Positions 13,345 to 25,333 of a stretch of 64,000 nt of DNA are shown here, one piece after another (the first letter of the stretch is position 1; the number at the start of each line of letters is the position of its first letter). The notes beneath the pieces are model-generated. The model did no database searches. It was given only the letters and a program-made list of their open reading frames with translations, and was not told the DNA's origin. This DNA is from Lophium mytilinum (lineage: Eukaryota): the NCBI GenBank assembly GCA_010093605.1, contig MU004204.1, positions 18,959 to 82,958 of the forward strand, written 5' to 3'. A program made the translations under genes and the position numbers.

Positions 13345-14838
13345 ATGGCTGCGAACAATCCACCTCCACCACCGCCCAACCACATGGTTGTGGTTCATCA
13401 GCGTCCAGCTCGCCACCGAAATGGCACTGATTTCGCAGGTAATACCATTCCTGGTGTTGCCAATTACGATATTGCCCACCTTGGCGATCCCTGGGCAAAT
13501 CCGACCAAGCTTGGTCACACACCAAGCAACCTAGCGTGGTGGCTCGCCATGTGCCCGACCTGTGGTCGTAACAATAGCGTTTGTTCCAAAGACAATCGAG
13601 GCAACTGCACTGCGGTTTGCTTCTGGTACTTGTTCCGTAGAGCCAACGGCAACTGTCGCGGGATCCACCCTGGCAGTCCATGCCCAGGCGTTCCAGGCGT
13701 CGCGGAGCCGATCTGGGACGAGATCCAGCAGAACCGACGAAATAGAAACGCGCGAGCGCGCGAGCGGTCGCCGAGCCGCGACGACCGTCGAAATGGCCAC
13801 CGCAACCGCGATGACCACTACTACGACCACCGCAACCGCGATGACCACTACTACGACCACCGCAACCGCGATGATCGATACTACAACCACCACGATGACC
13901 GCTACGACGATCGTCGCTACTACAATCCTCCTGCATACCATCCCCATGGGTATGCATACCCACCCACCCCATATCCGGTAGTATATGGTCATCCGGGATA
14001 CCCACCTATGGGGAATCCCGCGCCTCCGGCAGCATATGGCCATCCAGGGCCAGCGCCATACCATGAGGCGTACCGCAGCCGCATCGATGGCAGAGGCCCA
14101 TCTCGACCGCCTGGACGGGCACCCCCGCGACCTCAGTACGCTCCCAACCACAGGTTCGCGCTGACACCACCCGTGTCTGCACCCATTGCCAACGCGCCTG
14201 CACCTGCTGTCAACAACGGCGTGTTGTTTGGGCCAGTTGCACAAAACCAGCTGGGCCAGAACCTGCCAGGTCAACATAACCAGGTTCAAAACCCGCAGAA
14301 CGCCCCGCCGATTGGTGGCCAACTCGTTCGCATAGGCCAACCCGACCTCGCCGTAGGCACGGGCAATCCGTGTGTTGATCCCCACAATGCGATTCGAGAT
14401 CGCATGTTCGCGACCGCTCTCGCCAATGTTGAGGACGACCAGCCCTTCATGGCTTTTTGGCAGACCTTGCCAGAAAACTTCAAGAACACCAACGAGGTGA
14501 AGGAGATCGTGATTACGGACTCAGTTCGTTCAGACACCTTGCTTGGGCTGATCTTGAAGCTGGAAGACCTGCTGGCCACGTTCAGGTTGCAAATTCTGAG
14601 CACTTTGGATCCTGCCCTTATTCAACAATGGGAACAGTTGCCAGAGTTCGCCAAGGTGCCTGCAAGAGAGCTCTTGCTTAATACCACGTGGGCATACGCG
14701 CAGTGGCGCGAACATCTCTGGCGCCACGTCGACGAATGTATGGGAAGAGATCCTGCTGAAGAAGCTGCCCAGCGGGAACTGAATGAGACGCGTGGTCATG
14801 CCGATGACGAGGATCGGCCTAATCCTGAACAACCTTAG
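13345..14838 (+). CDS. Hypothetical 497-aa protein: Cys/His cluster, HRNRDDHYYD repeats, Pro/Tyr/Gln-rich region, helical C-terminus
   Basis: Long intronless ORF with a modular, protein-like composition. No family recognised. Confidence 0.7.
   Translation: MAANNPPPPPPNHMVVVHQRPARHRNGTDFAGNTIPGVANYDIAHLGDPWANPTKLGHTPSNLAWWLAMCPTCGRNNSVCSKDNRGNCTAVCFWYLFRRANGNCRGIHPGSPCPGVPGVAEPIWDEIQQNRRNRNARARERSPSRDDRRNGHRNRDDHYYDHRNRDDHYYDHRNRDDRYYNHHDDRYDDRRYYNPPAYHPHGYAYPPTPYPVVYGHPGYPPMGNPAPPAAYGHPGPAPYHEAYRSRIDGRGPSRPPGRAPPRPQYAPNHRFALTPPVSAPIANAPAPAVNNGVLFGPVAQNQLGQNLPGQHNQVQNPQNAPPIGGQLVRIGQPDLAVGTGNPCVDPHNAIRDRMFATALANVEDDQPFMAFWQTLPENFKNTNEVKEIVITDSVRSDTLLGLILKLEDLLATFRLQILSTLDPALIQQWEQLPEFAKVPARELLLNTTWAYAQWREHLWRHVDECMGRDPAEEAAQRELNETRGHADDEDRPNPEQP
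13797..13880 (+). repeat. 30-bp coding tandem repeat, ~2.7 copies
   Basis: ccaccgcaaccgcgatgaccactactacga is repeated exactly, then degenerates. Confidence 0.9.
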
Positions 14839-15130
14839 ATCAGGTTGAGCGCTGTCGTCCTTCCAAAGATGACAGTAGCGCTATCTTCCTTCAAAGGATG
14901 ATAGTACCCTAGTTATGCTTTTACCTCTGCGTGGTACTAGGGACTAGTACCCGGTGCCCTTCACGGGGTGTCGGGGAAGCTAAACAAAGCACCTTACCTT
15001 ATCGAACAGTAGCTACTGAGCGTCACGTTACTCTTCTTTATCACGTATTTAAGCTCACGTATTCCTTCAATACAATCTCATGTTCAGTTCAATCAATCTT
15101 CGGACGTCTTGGTGATTATGGCAGCAATCG

Positions 15131-15420
15131 TAGGCCACAAGTCGGAGCACACAAACCCATTACAGCTCGGCTCCAACTTGCCCACTCGACACCACTGTTA
15201 GGGGTGGCCTGGCTGCTGAGCAGGCAATTATTCAGGAGGCAGTCTAATGCGTACTGCTTGCACCTCAACAATAAAAGTACTGGGCCATAAGTCGGGGCAC
15301 CTAATAACATGTCTAATTTGCTTCAACTTTGCTCACCGGACATCACTGTAGGGGGTAGCCTGGTTGCTGCACATCCAGTTTATCAAGAGAGAGTCTAGCA
15401 TGAACTGTTTGAAGCTTGAC
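15131..15420. repeat. Diverged tandem duplication, 150-bp period
   Basis: ggccacaagtcggagcac (15,133) vs ggccataagtcggggcac (15,283); cactgttaggggtggcctggctgctg vs cactgtagggggtagcctggttgctg. Confidence 0.75.
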
Positions 15421-17162
15421 ATCGCCTTCAAGTCTTCGAAACCCTGTGGGAGTACCCCAACAAGTGGCGTGCCAGTGTGCCCAGCCTTATGGCCTATCTC
15501 TGTATCTATGGACCAACTCTGAAAACGGACGCAATCTGTAGCCATGGCACTCTCGTACTATCCCTCTCAAGAAAGCAGATATCACGTGCCGTCCTCCGCT
15601 CCCCTCAAGAACAGAGTCCACAGCACCCCGACGAACATATGACCGAACACGTGATCCTCCGCCCTGGCTCGAGTATAAAACCTCCTCTCCTCACCCGCTC
15701 TTCATTCTGCAGGGGCATTCAAGGACGAGGAAAACATACGCTACAACTGTTCAATGGAGGGCATTGGGAGATCTCTGGTCAACATTGCAAGAAAGAACTC
15801 ACTATGGAGAGTGTTCAGGTCCGGCTGCGCACAGTAATCGATGGTGCTGGGCGTGCGGTGGAGCAAGACTGGCCGAAGCGGTGACACGATGGAGAGCGGA
15901 GGTCGTGGGGGACTCTCCCCGCGCATGATGCTGACCATCAACAACCCTCAATGATACCCATCAACCCTTTCTTTACCAGAGAAAAGTAGCACAAGAAAGC
16001 CACGACGCCCACCTTCACTGACCCGTAGAGACGTATCTCAAACACGCATACTGCTGCATACCATCATCACTACCGCCTACATCCCCCGTCCCCCTCCATT
16101 ATTCCTCTGGTAGTATCGGTTTTGATCCCCCAATCCCCTTCTTCTCCATGCACAGACACGTTAGGACAGTCTGCACGCCCCCTCCCCTCCAATCCACCAT
16201 TGTTTCTTTCGCTAAGCAAAGTTGATCCCCACTCCCCTCCTCCACCACATGGCGGCTAGTTGCGTAGGTTTTGCAACTCCACCACCCCTCCCCGGGCCAT
16301 GAGAAAGACTCCTTTGATGATTTTGATCATCCACTTCCGCTGCACAACAACTCCAACACACCATGCCTTGAATGCATCTGCGAGTTTTGCACGCAAACAC
16401 ACCATTAATGGGGATGCTGCCTTTTTTGATCCCCCTCTCGAACCGCCCTTCCCATGAAGAAGAAACGGAGGAGAGAGGGGATGAGGAGATTATATACTCT
16501 GCAGCGGAAGAAATTCAGAGCGCGCACATGACACGCTTGGCGTGCACATGATGCATCCCCTGACCTGCGCAAGATAAGGAGTGGGGAAGAAGACATAGAC
16601 ATAGAAAATAGATAGAAAGGTCACTATGCACTGTTCCTCGTACGGACCATAACTACACAATCTCATCTCATTCCACTAACAAGCTCTACCCCACGCTTAT
16701 GAACTAACATCCACATCCACATCCACATCCACACAGGTATCACATCCCCAACCCCACTCACAAAAGCATCCACAAAGCAGCCGTAGCCAACCCCAAAAAC
16801 AAAGAAGAAAAAAGGTATATCATAGGAAGTGTAGAAGGAACAAACATCCAACCGGATGAGGGAGAAAGGATATAGGGAAACCCGTGCTCGGTGTGTCCGA
16901 ACCCCCGTCGAGTGAGAAAGCTCAAAAGCTCACCCCATTTTTCCCCCGTTTCCCAATTTCCCCAGCTGTCCAGAAATACAAGAAAAAAGGAGGTTTAGCA
17001 TCGCCGTCCCATACACGGCGCACCCATTTGCCCAACTCCCACCCGCCAACCCAACACCACCCAAAGCACCCATTACAGCTTCGCACTCGCCCGCCTAAAG
17101 CTCAACCTTCTCGTCGTCAACCGCCCTATCACACACAAGCGTCAACAAAAACCATTCTCAAA

Positions 17163-20100
17163 TCAACCCTGCGGCGTCGCGCTCCTCTCCCGACTATCCC
17201 GCTTACTCATAAACCTCTTCGCCAGCCTCGGACTCGCGCCCGCCATACTCCCCACATCCGCCGGCTGAAAGCTACTCCTCACAACCACCTTCCCCGCTCC
17301 CACAGCCACCGCCTTCTCACTCCCACTCCCCTGATCATCCACGAAAAACGGCGCCTCGCCCAGCTCCTCGTCCGACCCAAACGTCGCGTGGTTCTTGACC
17401 AGCAGCTTGAACGCGCCGTCGGCGGTGCACGGGACCTTGAACGACTCGCCCTCGAACGTGACGGTGCCGTCGGGCGCTTTGATGTGCTTGGTCTTGTGCA
17501 CGACCTTGCCTCCCTTCCCGCTCTCGTGCTTGACGTGCACAATGACGTTGGTGCCCTCTGGGTAGCCGGATGCGGAGAGGATGGTGAAAGAGGCGAGGCC
17601 CTGCTCCCCTGCGCCGCCGGCGGGCGAGCCGAGGTGGGAGGAGATGCTCTGCGCGCCCCAGCTCTTGTCGCGGCGGTGGCTGCCCAAGCTGGGCGAGCCG
17701 CCGTCGCCGTTCTCGATGCTGATGGCGGGTGGGGGGTCCGTGGCGCCGTTGGGTGTGCTGAGCCGCTCGGGTTCGTCGCGCTCGACGCTGGTCGACTTGC
17801 GGCGGCGGAAGCCCCGGCCGATGAAGGAGGCGCCCTTTGCGACGCCGCCGCCGACGAGCATCGCGCCCTTGCCGACGCCCTTGACGGGTGCGCCGATGAC
17901 TTTGCCGGGTGCGGCGAAGGTGCCGGAGAAGGTGGAGGAGCCTTGGCGCGAGCGGAGGACGTAGTCGGGCTTGAAGAGCATCTTGAGGCGGATCGCGCCC
18001 GACTCGCCGTCTAAGCCCAGCGTGACTTCTTGCGCCATGAAGGGCTCTAGGATCTCGAGGTTGATGGCGGCCTTGCCGAGTAAGTCGGCCTTGTCTCCGA
18101 AGTCCCAGTCGTAGACTACCACGTCAAAGTTTGCTGCCGTGCGAGACCGGACTGGAACCTCGAAGAATTCGTTCCATGCGGGGTGCAGCGTCTTCTTCTG
18201 TGTCTTGGTCTTGTATACTTCCTTTCCGTTTAGGTTGAACTTGCAGTAAGGATCGCTGTAGCCGTTACGGTCTGCAGCGGGTAGATCTGCGGCATCCAAA
18301 ACGTCGACACGGAGGGTACCCGAGTTATTGAAGCTCTCACTGGCGTCAAGCTGCATCTTGATAGGGAGATACTTCAAGCTGACGGTGATCTTGCTCTCGC
18401 GCCCCTCACTGCTCTTCAACGTGAGTTGGGTGGGTGTGTACTACCAAAGATTAGTCCAGAACATAAGTATCAGCGCGGCGGCTGCAAAGCTCACCAAGCA
18501 GCGCCTAAGCGTATCCAGCGTAGAGCCTGTCAATTTAGCAATGATGTGATCTTCAGCACCTTCACCTTTCTTGTCGAGGTGCTCCATAAGACGAAGAGTG
18601 ATCTTGGAGAAATCAAGCTCTCGGACCATTGCGTCACCAACTACAAGAACATGTCAGCGTTTGAGCGAATCCCAATGAATTGAGATCTGTTACCTTCGTT
18701 GAACGTGTGGTTCTTGGAGCGAATCTTGCTAGACTGGTACGACGGGAATAGCATATCATCCATAAGCACCTGGACATAGCAGTCCTTCTCCGCGAACTCG
18801 CCATCGATGAGTTTGAAGACGATAAGACCGGATTCTAGAACGTTAGCCGATAATTCCACAATGAACACGGGTTAATGAGATACAGACTATGCTCACCGTA
18901 CTGCGCTAACGTCTCCGCATTGAGCTTGAGCTTCGGGATCGCTTTCTTCACTGGCACAACACCTTCATCAGCTTCGGCCTTATCCAGAGACTTCGCAAGA
19001 TCGTTCTCACTGCTCGCGGGACTAGGCTTCTTCATGGAAGGAATGGTCCCAACAGTAGAGCTCCGATCGATTTTCGTCTTCTTTTCTTCCAGACTCGCTC
19101 CATCGACGCTCGACTTGCCAGATATAGCTGAACCTGGACGAGACGCCTCGATACTCTTGCGAGCTACGTCATCCTCCTCGTCATCTGGATCGGCGGTGGG
19201 ATATGTTGGGTAGAAAGAGCAGGTGTAGTTTAGGGTGCCTTTTGGCGGAGCTCGTGGGCCAGAGCGGAGACCATCAGATCTCAGGGATTTCTGCTCGCTC
19301 ACAATATACTGGCCATCATCATCTTGGTGAATATAGTCGGACGCAGCCAGTTCGATGTGGCCCAATGACCGATCCTTTCCAAGATTTTCCTCGTCCATGA
19401 CCTCGAGGAGCAGTTTTTCGCGCGTGGTGTGCACCGGCACATAGATAACTTCGTCCCAGTCCGGATTGAGATTGTTCTTGAACGTAACCGTTCGGCCCTT
19501 TTCAATGCCAGACAGGAGAACCCGGACATATGGATCCGACTTGCCCATGGTCTCTACATTGCGGAGGTTCCGAGCGTTTTGGAAGTGAAGGCGTAGGACA
19601 CCGATAGGGGTAACGTAGCCACCTGACCCGCCGACTGCTCCCTTCATGGCTACAGGCTTCCACTGCAGAGTCATCTTCGCCCGTCCCGTCTTCACGCCAG
19701 CAAGGTTGTACCACTCGTGGCCCTTCGCCATGAGCTCCAGCATGTCGTCAAGACCGACCTGAGCTTTGCCAATTTCAGGGTCAGCAGCAATATCGCGGTC
19801 ATCTTTGAGAACGAGACCAAGTTTGGCCTTCTTCCGATCGGTGATGAGAATTTCGATGGAGCCATCCGGGAAGATTGGATTGTTTGTCCGCTTGAGCTTC
19901 TTCGTCGTGTGAATCAACTTCCCGTTGAGAATCAACTCGGCGTAGGGGTTCAGCTGGCCAACGAAACTCTGGCTACCGTCAAGTTCTTTGGCTTGCTCAA
20001 CAGTAAAGCGGGCAATGCCGGTCGCAGATTCTGGTGGGGGTTCTACAGTACCGTCTTCCAACTTGACACCCTCGAGAACAGGGAAGAATCGGATATCGCA

Positions 20101-21960
20101 TTGGACAAGGCCGCGCGCTCGACCATTTGCCATGACTTCGAGGGCCTGGTTCTCATGCTCCGTCTCCGTCTCGAGTGCCTCCAACGCGAAAGTGGCGGTC
20201 CCTAACTCCTTGTCTTTGCGGTACTCATTGTAGTCGTATAGCTGAAGGGTAAGAGAATCTTTAAGAGACGTGATGATAACGTTGATAGTTTCATTCCAGC
20301 GGGGGTTAGCATTCTCATGAACTGTCTTCGTCCTGCCAAGCTCTGTCCTTGAATTGATAGAGACAACGGCGTAAGGGTCAGGGGTACCGGAGAATTTGTC
20401 AGGATTCTTCAATCCTTGAGCGCCATGGAACGTGATCTGGAGGACACCAATCGCTTGATCGACAGGGTTGCCCGCAAGCATCTTCGCGATTTCGATCGGG
20501 AACACGTTGGGATCGTACATCATTGGACCAAGATTGGCGTGGATCTGCTCAGCGATGAATGTTTCTAGACCCGGGATGAAGTTGATGTCGAATCCGAAAG
20601 TCTCACCGCCAAGCGGTTTGCAGACATAGTCGATAGTGGGGCGTTCCAAGAAGGAAATCTCCACCTTTTCGATGTGAGGGAATGGGATTTGAAGCTTGAA
20701 CTTCACTCTCATGAGACCCGAGAATGCCATATCTTCGACAATAACATCCAGACCTTTGCTCACAAGACCCTTGCCTACTCGGATCTCGAGAACAATCTTG
20801 GGGTTGATCTTGTTCTTGACTTGACGAGAAGTAAGATCGGCGTGGTCCTTGGGCGTGAAGCTAAACTTCCAATCCATCAAAACGATATCATCCTGGGCTT
20901 TGGGGTACGTCTTAACGTGCTCAAGTCTCGGAGGCTTGGTCCCAAGAACGAATTGCTTCATTCTTAAGCTATCCAGGAAGGCCGGAGTAGAGGTGGACAA
21001 GACCTGGTCGACGGACGAGACAATGGTGTCGCACAGGACTGGGGCATAAATGGGCCAGAACTTGACCAGAAAGCTGTTTATCCACTCCAAGCTCTCGGTG
21101 TCGGTCTCCAGCTTATTCTTGGCCATTTCGCGATTGACGTCGTCCCGGAAGTTGCGGCGCACTCGGCGGATGGATGTCCGATAGTAGGTTCCGCAGATGG
21201 CCATGATCAGGAAGACCCATCCCAGGCCGCCGCCGAGGACCGCGACAACCCATGAGGATAGACAAGCAAATATAATGACTCCCGTGTTATGATACCAATC
21301 TAAAATGCTTGTCAGTTGAAGTCTTCGACAGTAAACTGGGTAATTCACTCACCCCCAAAGAATTTGTCTTCCAGCTTCCCTTCCAGCCAGGTCTGGTGGT
21401 CCAGCATGTTGCCCTCCTCATCTTCCCCATTATCAAGATCGCCAAAACGCGGGGCCCAACCCACGCGTTCCCAGCGAGCGGCATCGTCGTCGAGCGTATG
21501 CCCATTCGCAGTTCCATTCGCGGTGTGCTTGTCATCGGTGATTGCAGCGGCCTTCGAGGCTGGCGGGAGGTCGAACTTGGAAGGCTTGCCGTCGTCCTAA
21601 TGAACGAATTAGCCAACGAAGCCCAGAACAGAGTCGGAGGTACCTACAACATCAGAGACCAGAGCAGTTGCCTTCGGGTTGCGTTCGTGGTGGAATCCGG
21701 GCGGCACGTGCTAGAGCGAGTGTATCAGCATAGCTCTCGGAAATAAGCAATGACAGGGCGGAGAAGCTCACAGATTTTAGCTGGGCAGCTTTCTCTTCGG
21801 GCGAGGCGTCTGGGTTGAACTGGAATGCAGCAGAACCGCCCTTCCTCGCCTCTTCTAGCACCGTGTTCTCTGCAGCTTGCGCCGTGACCTTGGAATCGGG
21901 GTCCTGGGCAGCTTCCAAGGCACCCTGCTGCTTGAGCTCAGACGCGTCTCTGGAAGTCAT
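17163..21960 (-). CDS. TCB: Tricalbin (extended synaptotagmin: TM hairpin, SMP domain, multiple C2 domains), ~7 exons
   Basis: ESLEWINSFLVKFWPIY at the SMP start; several C2 domains (GTPDPY, GKSDPY, GYSDPY, KTLHPAWNE); GT-AG introns link the ORF segments from 21,960 to 17,163. Confidence 0.93.
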
Positions 21961-23030
21961 TGTTCAGTAGGGCGGAGGAGAGAGGGCGGGAGGGAATTGG
22001 CGGAGCCCGAGGAGGAGCAGAGGTGGGAGAAGAGGGGGACCAGCGCAAAGAGAGTCTTGGTAGAGAGGTGGAGAGTGGTGTTGTTGCGCGGTTAATGCTG
22101 GCGGACCTCAGCCCGCAGAGCTACGAGGTTAGTGCTGGCCGCGGTCTAATGCAGACCCTGTGAGGGGCTGACGCGGCGAGTAGTGGCTGGAGCTATGCAA
22201 TAAGGCTGGCCTGGGCGGACGAGGGCAAAAGGAATGACAGCTCTGCGCGGGCGAGAGGCAAACCGGGGTGAGAAGAGTGATGTTGAAGCTGAAGTGGATT
22301 CGTGTTTGGCCTTGAATGACGAAGCTCCAGCTGGGGGGGTGAGTGGCAGCCGCGACCTTGGAACAGCCTTGCCTGGCCCCCGGCGACGATCATAGCAAGC
22401 AATCCAGTTCTCGAAAGCCACGAAGTCCTGCCCGGATCGGACCCTGGATGGCCGTTTATACCGTTTATAACGCCGTTTATACACGCGTTGCCACTGCACA
22501 GGGTCCGCAGCGCATTCTTGGACATTCACGCGATATATAGAACCCAGAAGCTGCAAATCAACCTCTTTCAGATTATTTGCATCAATTTGTCTTAAATTGG
22601 CACACTCTCCGCATTGGCGCCAGCGTGCACAGACAAACGTGCTAGTAGTACCACATCTGCGCCTTTGTCAGGTGTTTGGATGCAGCTCGCACGACTCTCC
22701 GAATGCGTCCATTACTCTCATCTCGTTGTACCTATTCCCACGCCGTATCCAGCCCTAAACCAAATGAGGAATCCTCCATGCTGTCTCAGGCTCCATCAGA
22801 ATCCTCCCCAATCCTCTGTCGTCAAGGCCGTAAAAATGTGTACTATACAACTCCCACAGCAAAGCGGCTCTAGTTGCATACAGACATGCACGCTCGCTTC
22901 GGAATTAGCGCCAGAATACCAATGCCTTTACTCAAACCCATGCCCCTCCCCATTGCTAACCCAGATCGCATCGGAAAAACAAACCGCCCATGCAAGTCCA
23001 TCACCAACCACGTCGGCGCGAGATCGCGCT

Positions 23031-24599
23031 CTATCGCCATGGCGCATCCACCGGGTATCTGCGCCCTCCCACCCCGTCCACCGGCGTCACGTACCGATGC
23101 TGCACCCTCCTGTCCCCCCTCTCACGCTCCCGGTCTCGGTCTCGATCGCGATCTCGCTCCCGATCGCGCTCCCGTTCTCTAGATGACCGCCGCGCAGTGC
23201 GGGGCGCGTACTCGTATGGCTCACGAATGGTAGGAGGCTCTTCCTTCCGCGGGCTCGACTGTGCCGAGTATCGCACGTTGTGGCGCGGGTAGCTCGGCCG
23301 CGCAGGCATATCCGGCCGGCGATCGTAGTATTTGTGCGCCTGGAGGTTTGCAACGTGCGTTGCGAAGATGGGCGCTTTGGTAGGCCCGTAGCCCGGCGGT
23401 TCGTCCGAGTATCGGTTGTCGTGCGAGTAGCGTCGTGGCTGCTCTACGTAGGGAGGGAAGTATTCCCGTGGACTCGGGGGTGGCTCGTGGCTTCGCCGAT
23501 GCTTTAGCACGGGACTCTCGGGATTGCCTGGACGGCTGGCCCTGTCTGAATCCGAGTCCGTAGATGATAGGCTGCTTTCTCGTCGCTGCACTGGAGGTCT
23601 CTTCGCTGGGTAGCGGGCCTGAGAAGCTTGGGTGACTGTAGGTGTAACGTCATCGTCGACGACCTCTCCATGTCTGTCCGGCAGACTACGCCGTCTAGTG
23701 AATGGACTCCAGAAGTGGCGCACACTGTTCGCAACGTGCCGCCCCCGATCCTCTACGAATTGACGCGGTGAGCGTGGTGGTTGGCGGGAGTATGTTCGAA
23801 TTATCGTCGGCCTGGCCCGGCGATTGCGATACAGAGGATCTCTGAAATATGCCTCCGCCCCGTGTCGCTCATCCGCAGAGCTATCAGCTGACGAGTCACC
23901 GCCAACTCGAGGCTCGTCCATATCGACGTTGGCCCTTGCAGCATCACCCCTCTGTTCATCTGCCTCTGCTTCTTTCCGCAAGCGATCTGCTACCCCTTCG
24001 TACCATTGCACCATCGCAGGATCCGGTTTCTCCGGGAAGCTCTCCTTGGGCAGCAGCTTGGGGAAGGGTTTGCCATTCGCGGGGTCTATGATATCAAATT
24101 CGAGGACAGACTTCTGCAGGAAGGGGACGTGCTCCTCGGGGCACAGCAGGAGCTGGATCGTCTGCCATGTTATGAAGCCTTTCTTCTTAAGCGCGGGTAT
24201 TGTAGGAGAGTCGTAGCCGTCATCGGTCGGGGTTGGTTGGAGGGAGTGGAGGCATCCGAGAGACTTGTATATGAAAGCGATCGAGGAGGGTGGTGTTTCC
24301 GCGAAGAGTACGTCATACTGCCCTCCCACGGCTCTGTAGAACGCCGCAAGCTGTGCCGGCGTGAGATCGGGACTGTCGGTCGGCTCGAAGTGAGTAGACT
24401 GCGAAGGAGATGTCTGGTCAGCTTCAAGTGCAATCGCATCGGGTCGAGGGGTGGAGTCTGAGTGTGTTCGTACAATGAAGTTCGCTATGCCTTCCAGCAG
24501 CCTGTTAAACAGGTCGACGCCACATTTGTCGGGCTTGAGCAGGTAGCCCCAGTACTGCTGGGCTTCTTTGTTCGGCGCATCTGACGGCTCCGTCGTCAT
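23031..24599 (-). CDS. Conserved fungal hypothetical protein (DUF7514-like N-terminal domain from recall; Arg/Asp-rich disordered tail)
   Basis: N-terminal YWGYL...LTPAQLAAFY...SLGCLHSLQP...IPAL...WQTIQLLL.PEEHVPFLQ pattern familiar from Pezizomycotina. In-frame 75-nt intron at 24,399-24,473. Confidence 0.8.
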   Translation of the reverse strand: MTTEPSDAPNKEAQQYWGYLLKPDKCGVDLFNRLLEGIANFIVRTHSDSTPRPDAIALEADQTSPSQSTHFEPTDSPDLTPAQLAAFYRAVGGQYDVLFAETPPSSIAFIYKSLGCLHSLQPTPTDDGYDSPTIPALKKKGFITWQTIQLLLCPEEHVPFLQKSVLEFDIIDPANGKPFPKLLPKESFPEKPDPAMVQWYEGVADRLRKEAEADEQRGDAARANVDMDEPRVGGDSSADSSADERHGAEAYFRDPLYRNRRARPTIIRTYSRQPPRSPRQFVEDRGRHVANSVRHFWSPFTRRRSLPDRHGEVVDDDVTPTVTQASQARYPAKRPPVQRRESSLSSTDSDSDRASRPGNPESPVLKHRRSHEPPPSPREYFPPYVEQPRRYSHDNRYSDEPPGYGPTKAPIFATHVANLQAHKYYDRRPDMPARPSYPRHNVRYSAQSSPRKEEPPTIREPYEYAPRTARRSSRERERDRERDRDRDRDRERERGDRRVQHRYVTPVDGVGGRRYPVDAPWR

Positions 24600-25333
24600 C
24601 TTGCATCTGCGGCCCGGAGGTGAGGAGAAGGAGGGATGCGTGCGTGGGGAGCGGTGGGCGATGGAGGTGTCGGGGTGTACCAGCTATGTGGTGGTGGAAG
24701 CTCGAACGATCGAGTCCTGGGTTGGTGCATAGCAGAGGCCGCAGCGCATACATATATCGGGCGGGATGACTGGAAGACTAAGCCCCCGGGTTCGCTCAGC
24801 TGTGCCTATAATCCTGCGTTCAGGAGGTGGTGTTGCGCAAGGATTACCAGGCTTCATGAACTTGGAAGGACAGCACATTGCGCCACATCTGCACCGCCTC
24901 AACATATCAGTTGCCCGCTTGGTAGATAGCGGCGAGGCAGCCGTCCCTAAGCGTTCCTCCTCCGTCCGTCCATCTCCGATTGCTATTGCGTTATTGTTCA
25001 GGTGACATTTCGGTGGTAGGTGCTTGTATCTGGATTGCGAGACATTCACATAATCTTTCTACGCTCTTCGAGAAGCATTCTGTCCCTGTGTTCAGACTTG
25101 CAGCATGTTATTCGCGAGGCGGGGATATCAGGTAACGAGTGGTAATGCTCCTCTCTCCGTTCGGCCTCAAGACTCTATCATAAAAAAATATCAAAAGACA
25201 GATCAGAAAGACCGCCAGGCAAGTAAAGACGACCGGTTAAAGCAGTTTCGCCCGACGGTTCAACAAGTTGACTAGGCCCTACGGTACTTCTATTTGCGAT
25301 CACACTTTCCGACATCCCACAAGCTCTTCTTGT

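Noticed and set aside
13274..14385. Antisense ORFs of 243 and 284 aa
   Set aside because: Shadow frames of the repeat-rich 497-aa ORF.
15670..15960. TATA-like site followed by short open frames
   Set aside because: No convincing start, splice pattern or motif.
16707..16732. (ACATCC)n hexamer repeat
   Set aside because: Ordinary short microsatellite downstream of tricalbin.
16884..18014. 376-aa plus-strand ORF
   Set aside because: Antisense to the GC3-rich last exon of tricalbin.
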